A DNA stretch of 64,000 nucleotides, taken from the NCBI RefSeq assembly GCF_036321535.1, contig NC_087472.1, positions 107,818,001 through 107,882,000 on the forward strand. Reading direction: 5' to 3'. Below are positions 63,641 through 64,000 of this stretch, piece by piece (positions within the stretch are counted from its first letter, which is position 1; every line of letters begins with the position of its first letter). This DNA comes from Camelus dromedarius (Eukaryota). Both the position numbers and the translations under genes were made by a program. The notes under the pieces were generated by a model. That model was not told the DNA's origin. It did no database searches and saw only the letters and a list, made by a program, of their open reading frames with translations.

Positions 63641-64000
63641 AGGTGAAGGCTCTCCAGGTTTGTTGCCCTGGAAGGTGAGCAGATTTCTCCTTGGCGGGAA
63701 GGAGAAGGCCACGGGGCCTGGATGGCTCAGGGAGAGCGACGTTCTCTGACTCTGTTGCATCCACTCCCCAGCTCTCTGGGCTGGCTGCTGTCCTGCCATC
63801 CACATGGAAACGCCCAGAATGGTTGCTCAGGGAGAATGGTTGCCCACACTTGCCTTGCCACTTCAGGCCTGAGGTGGTGAGCATGGCCCACAGTTGCCCA
63901 GCTTGGGTCCCGCACACCCCTCATCACTTGCCCCCAACCTGTCCCTTGTTTGTCAACAGTCCCTTTATGAAACGCTCCTGAAATAACCAGGCTTGCTACG

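Noticed and set aside
41400-64000. Neighbouring gene such as CLDN34, expected upstream by synteny
   Set aside because: No claudin-like ORF in the track or by eye; probably beyond the window.

Overview
Mammalian genomic DNA, most likely a camelid (vic-1-type tRNA-derived SINEs and camelid-style L1 3' ends). The only protein-coding gene I can support is the 5' end of WWC3 (KIBRA/WWC family Hippo-pathway scaffold) on the minus strand. It has a CpG-island promoter at about 39.7-41.4 kb, coding exon 1 at 40152-40435 (Arg/Pro-rich leader plus WW1), a 37.85 kb intron 1, and a 110 bp exon 2 at 2192-2301 (WW2). The two exons splice in frame; exon 3 is outside the window. The rest is intron or upstream DNA rich in transposon fossils (L1, MLT/ERV LTRs, MER20/MER58/MER3/Tigger, MIR), microsatellites and seven N blocks that look like masking. 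I found no clear novel multi-gene system. Best leads: X versus Y gametolog identity of this copy, two uORFs in the WWC3 leader, a CpG-rich solo LTR with two strong splice donors, seven MER20 copies, an ultra-short L1 with a possible 3' transduction tag, and one or two unidentified retrocopy-like segments. Repeat names were assigned by eye from remembered consensus sequences and their boundaries are approximate.
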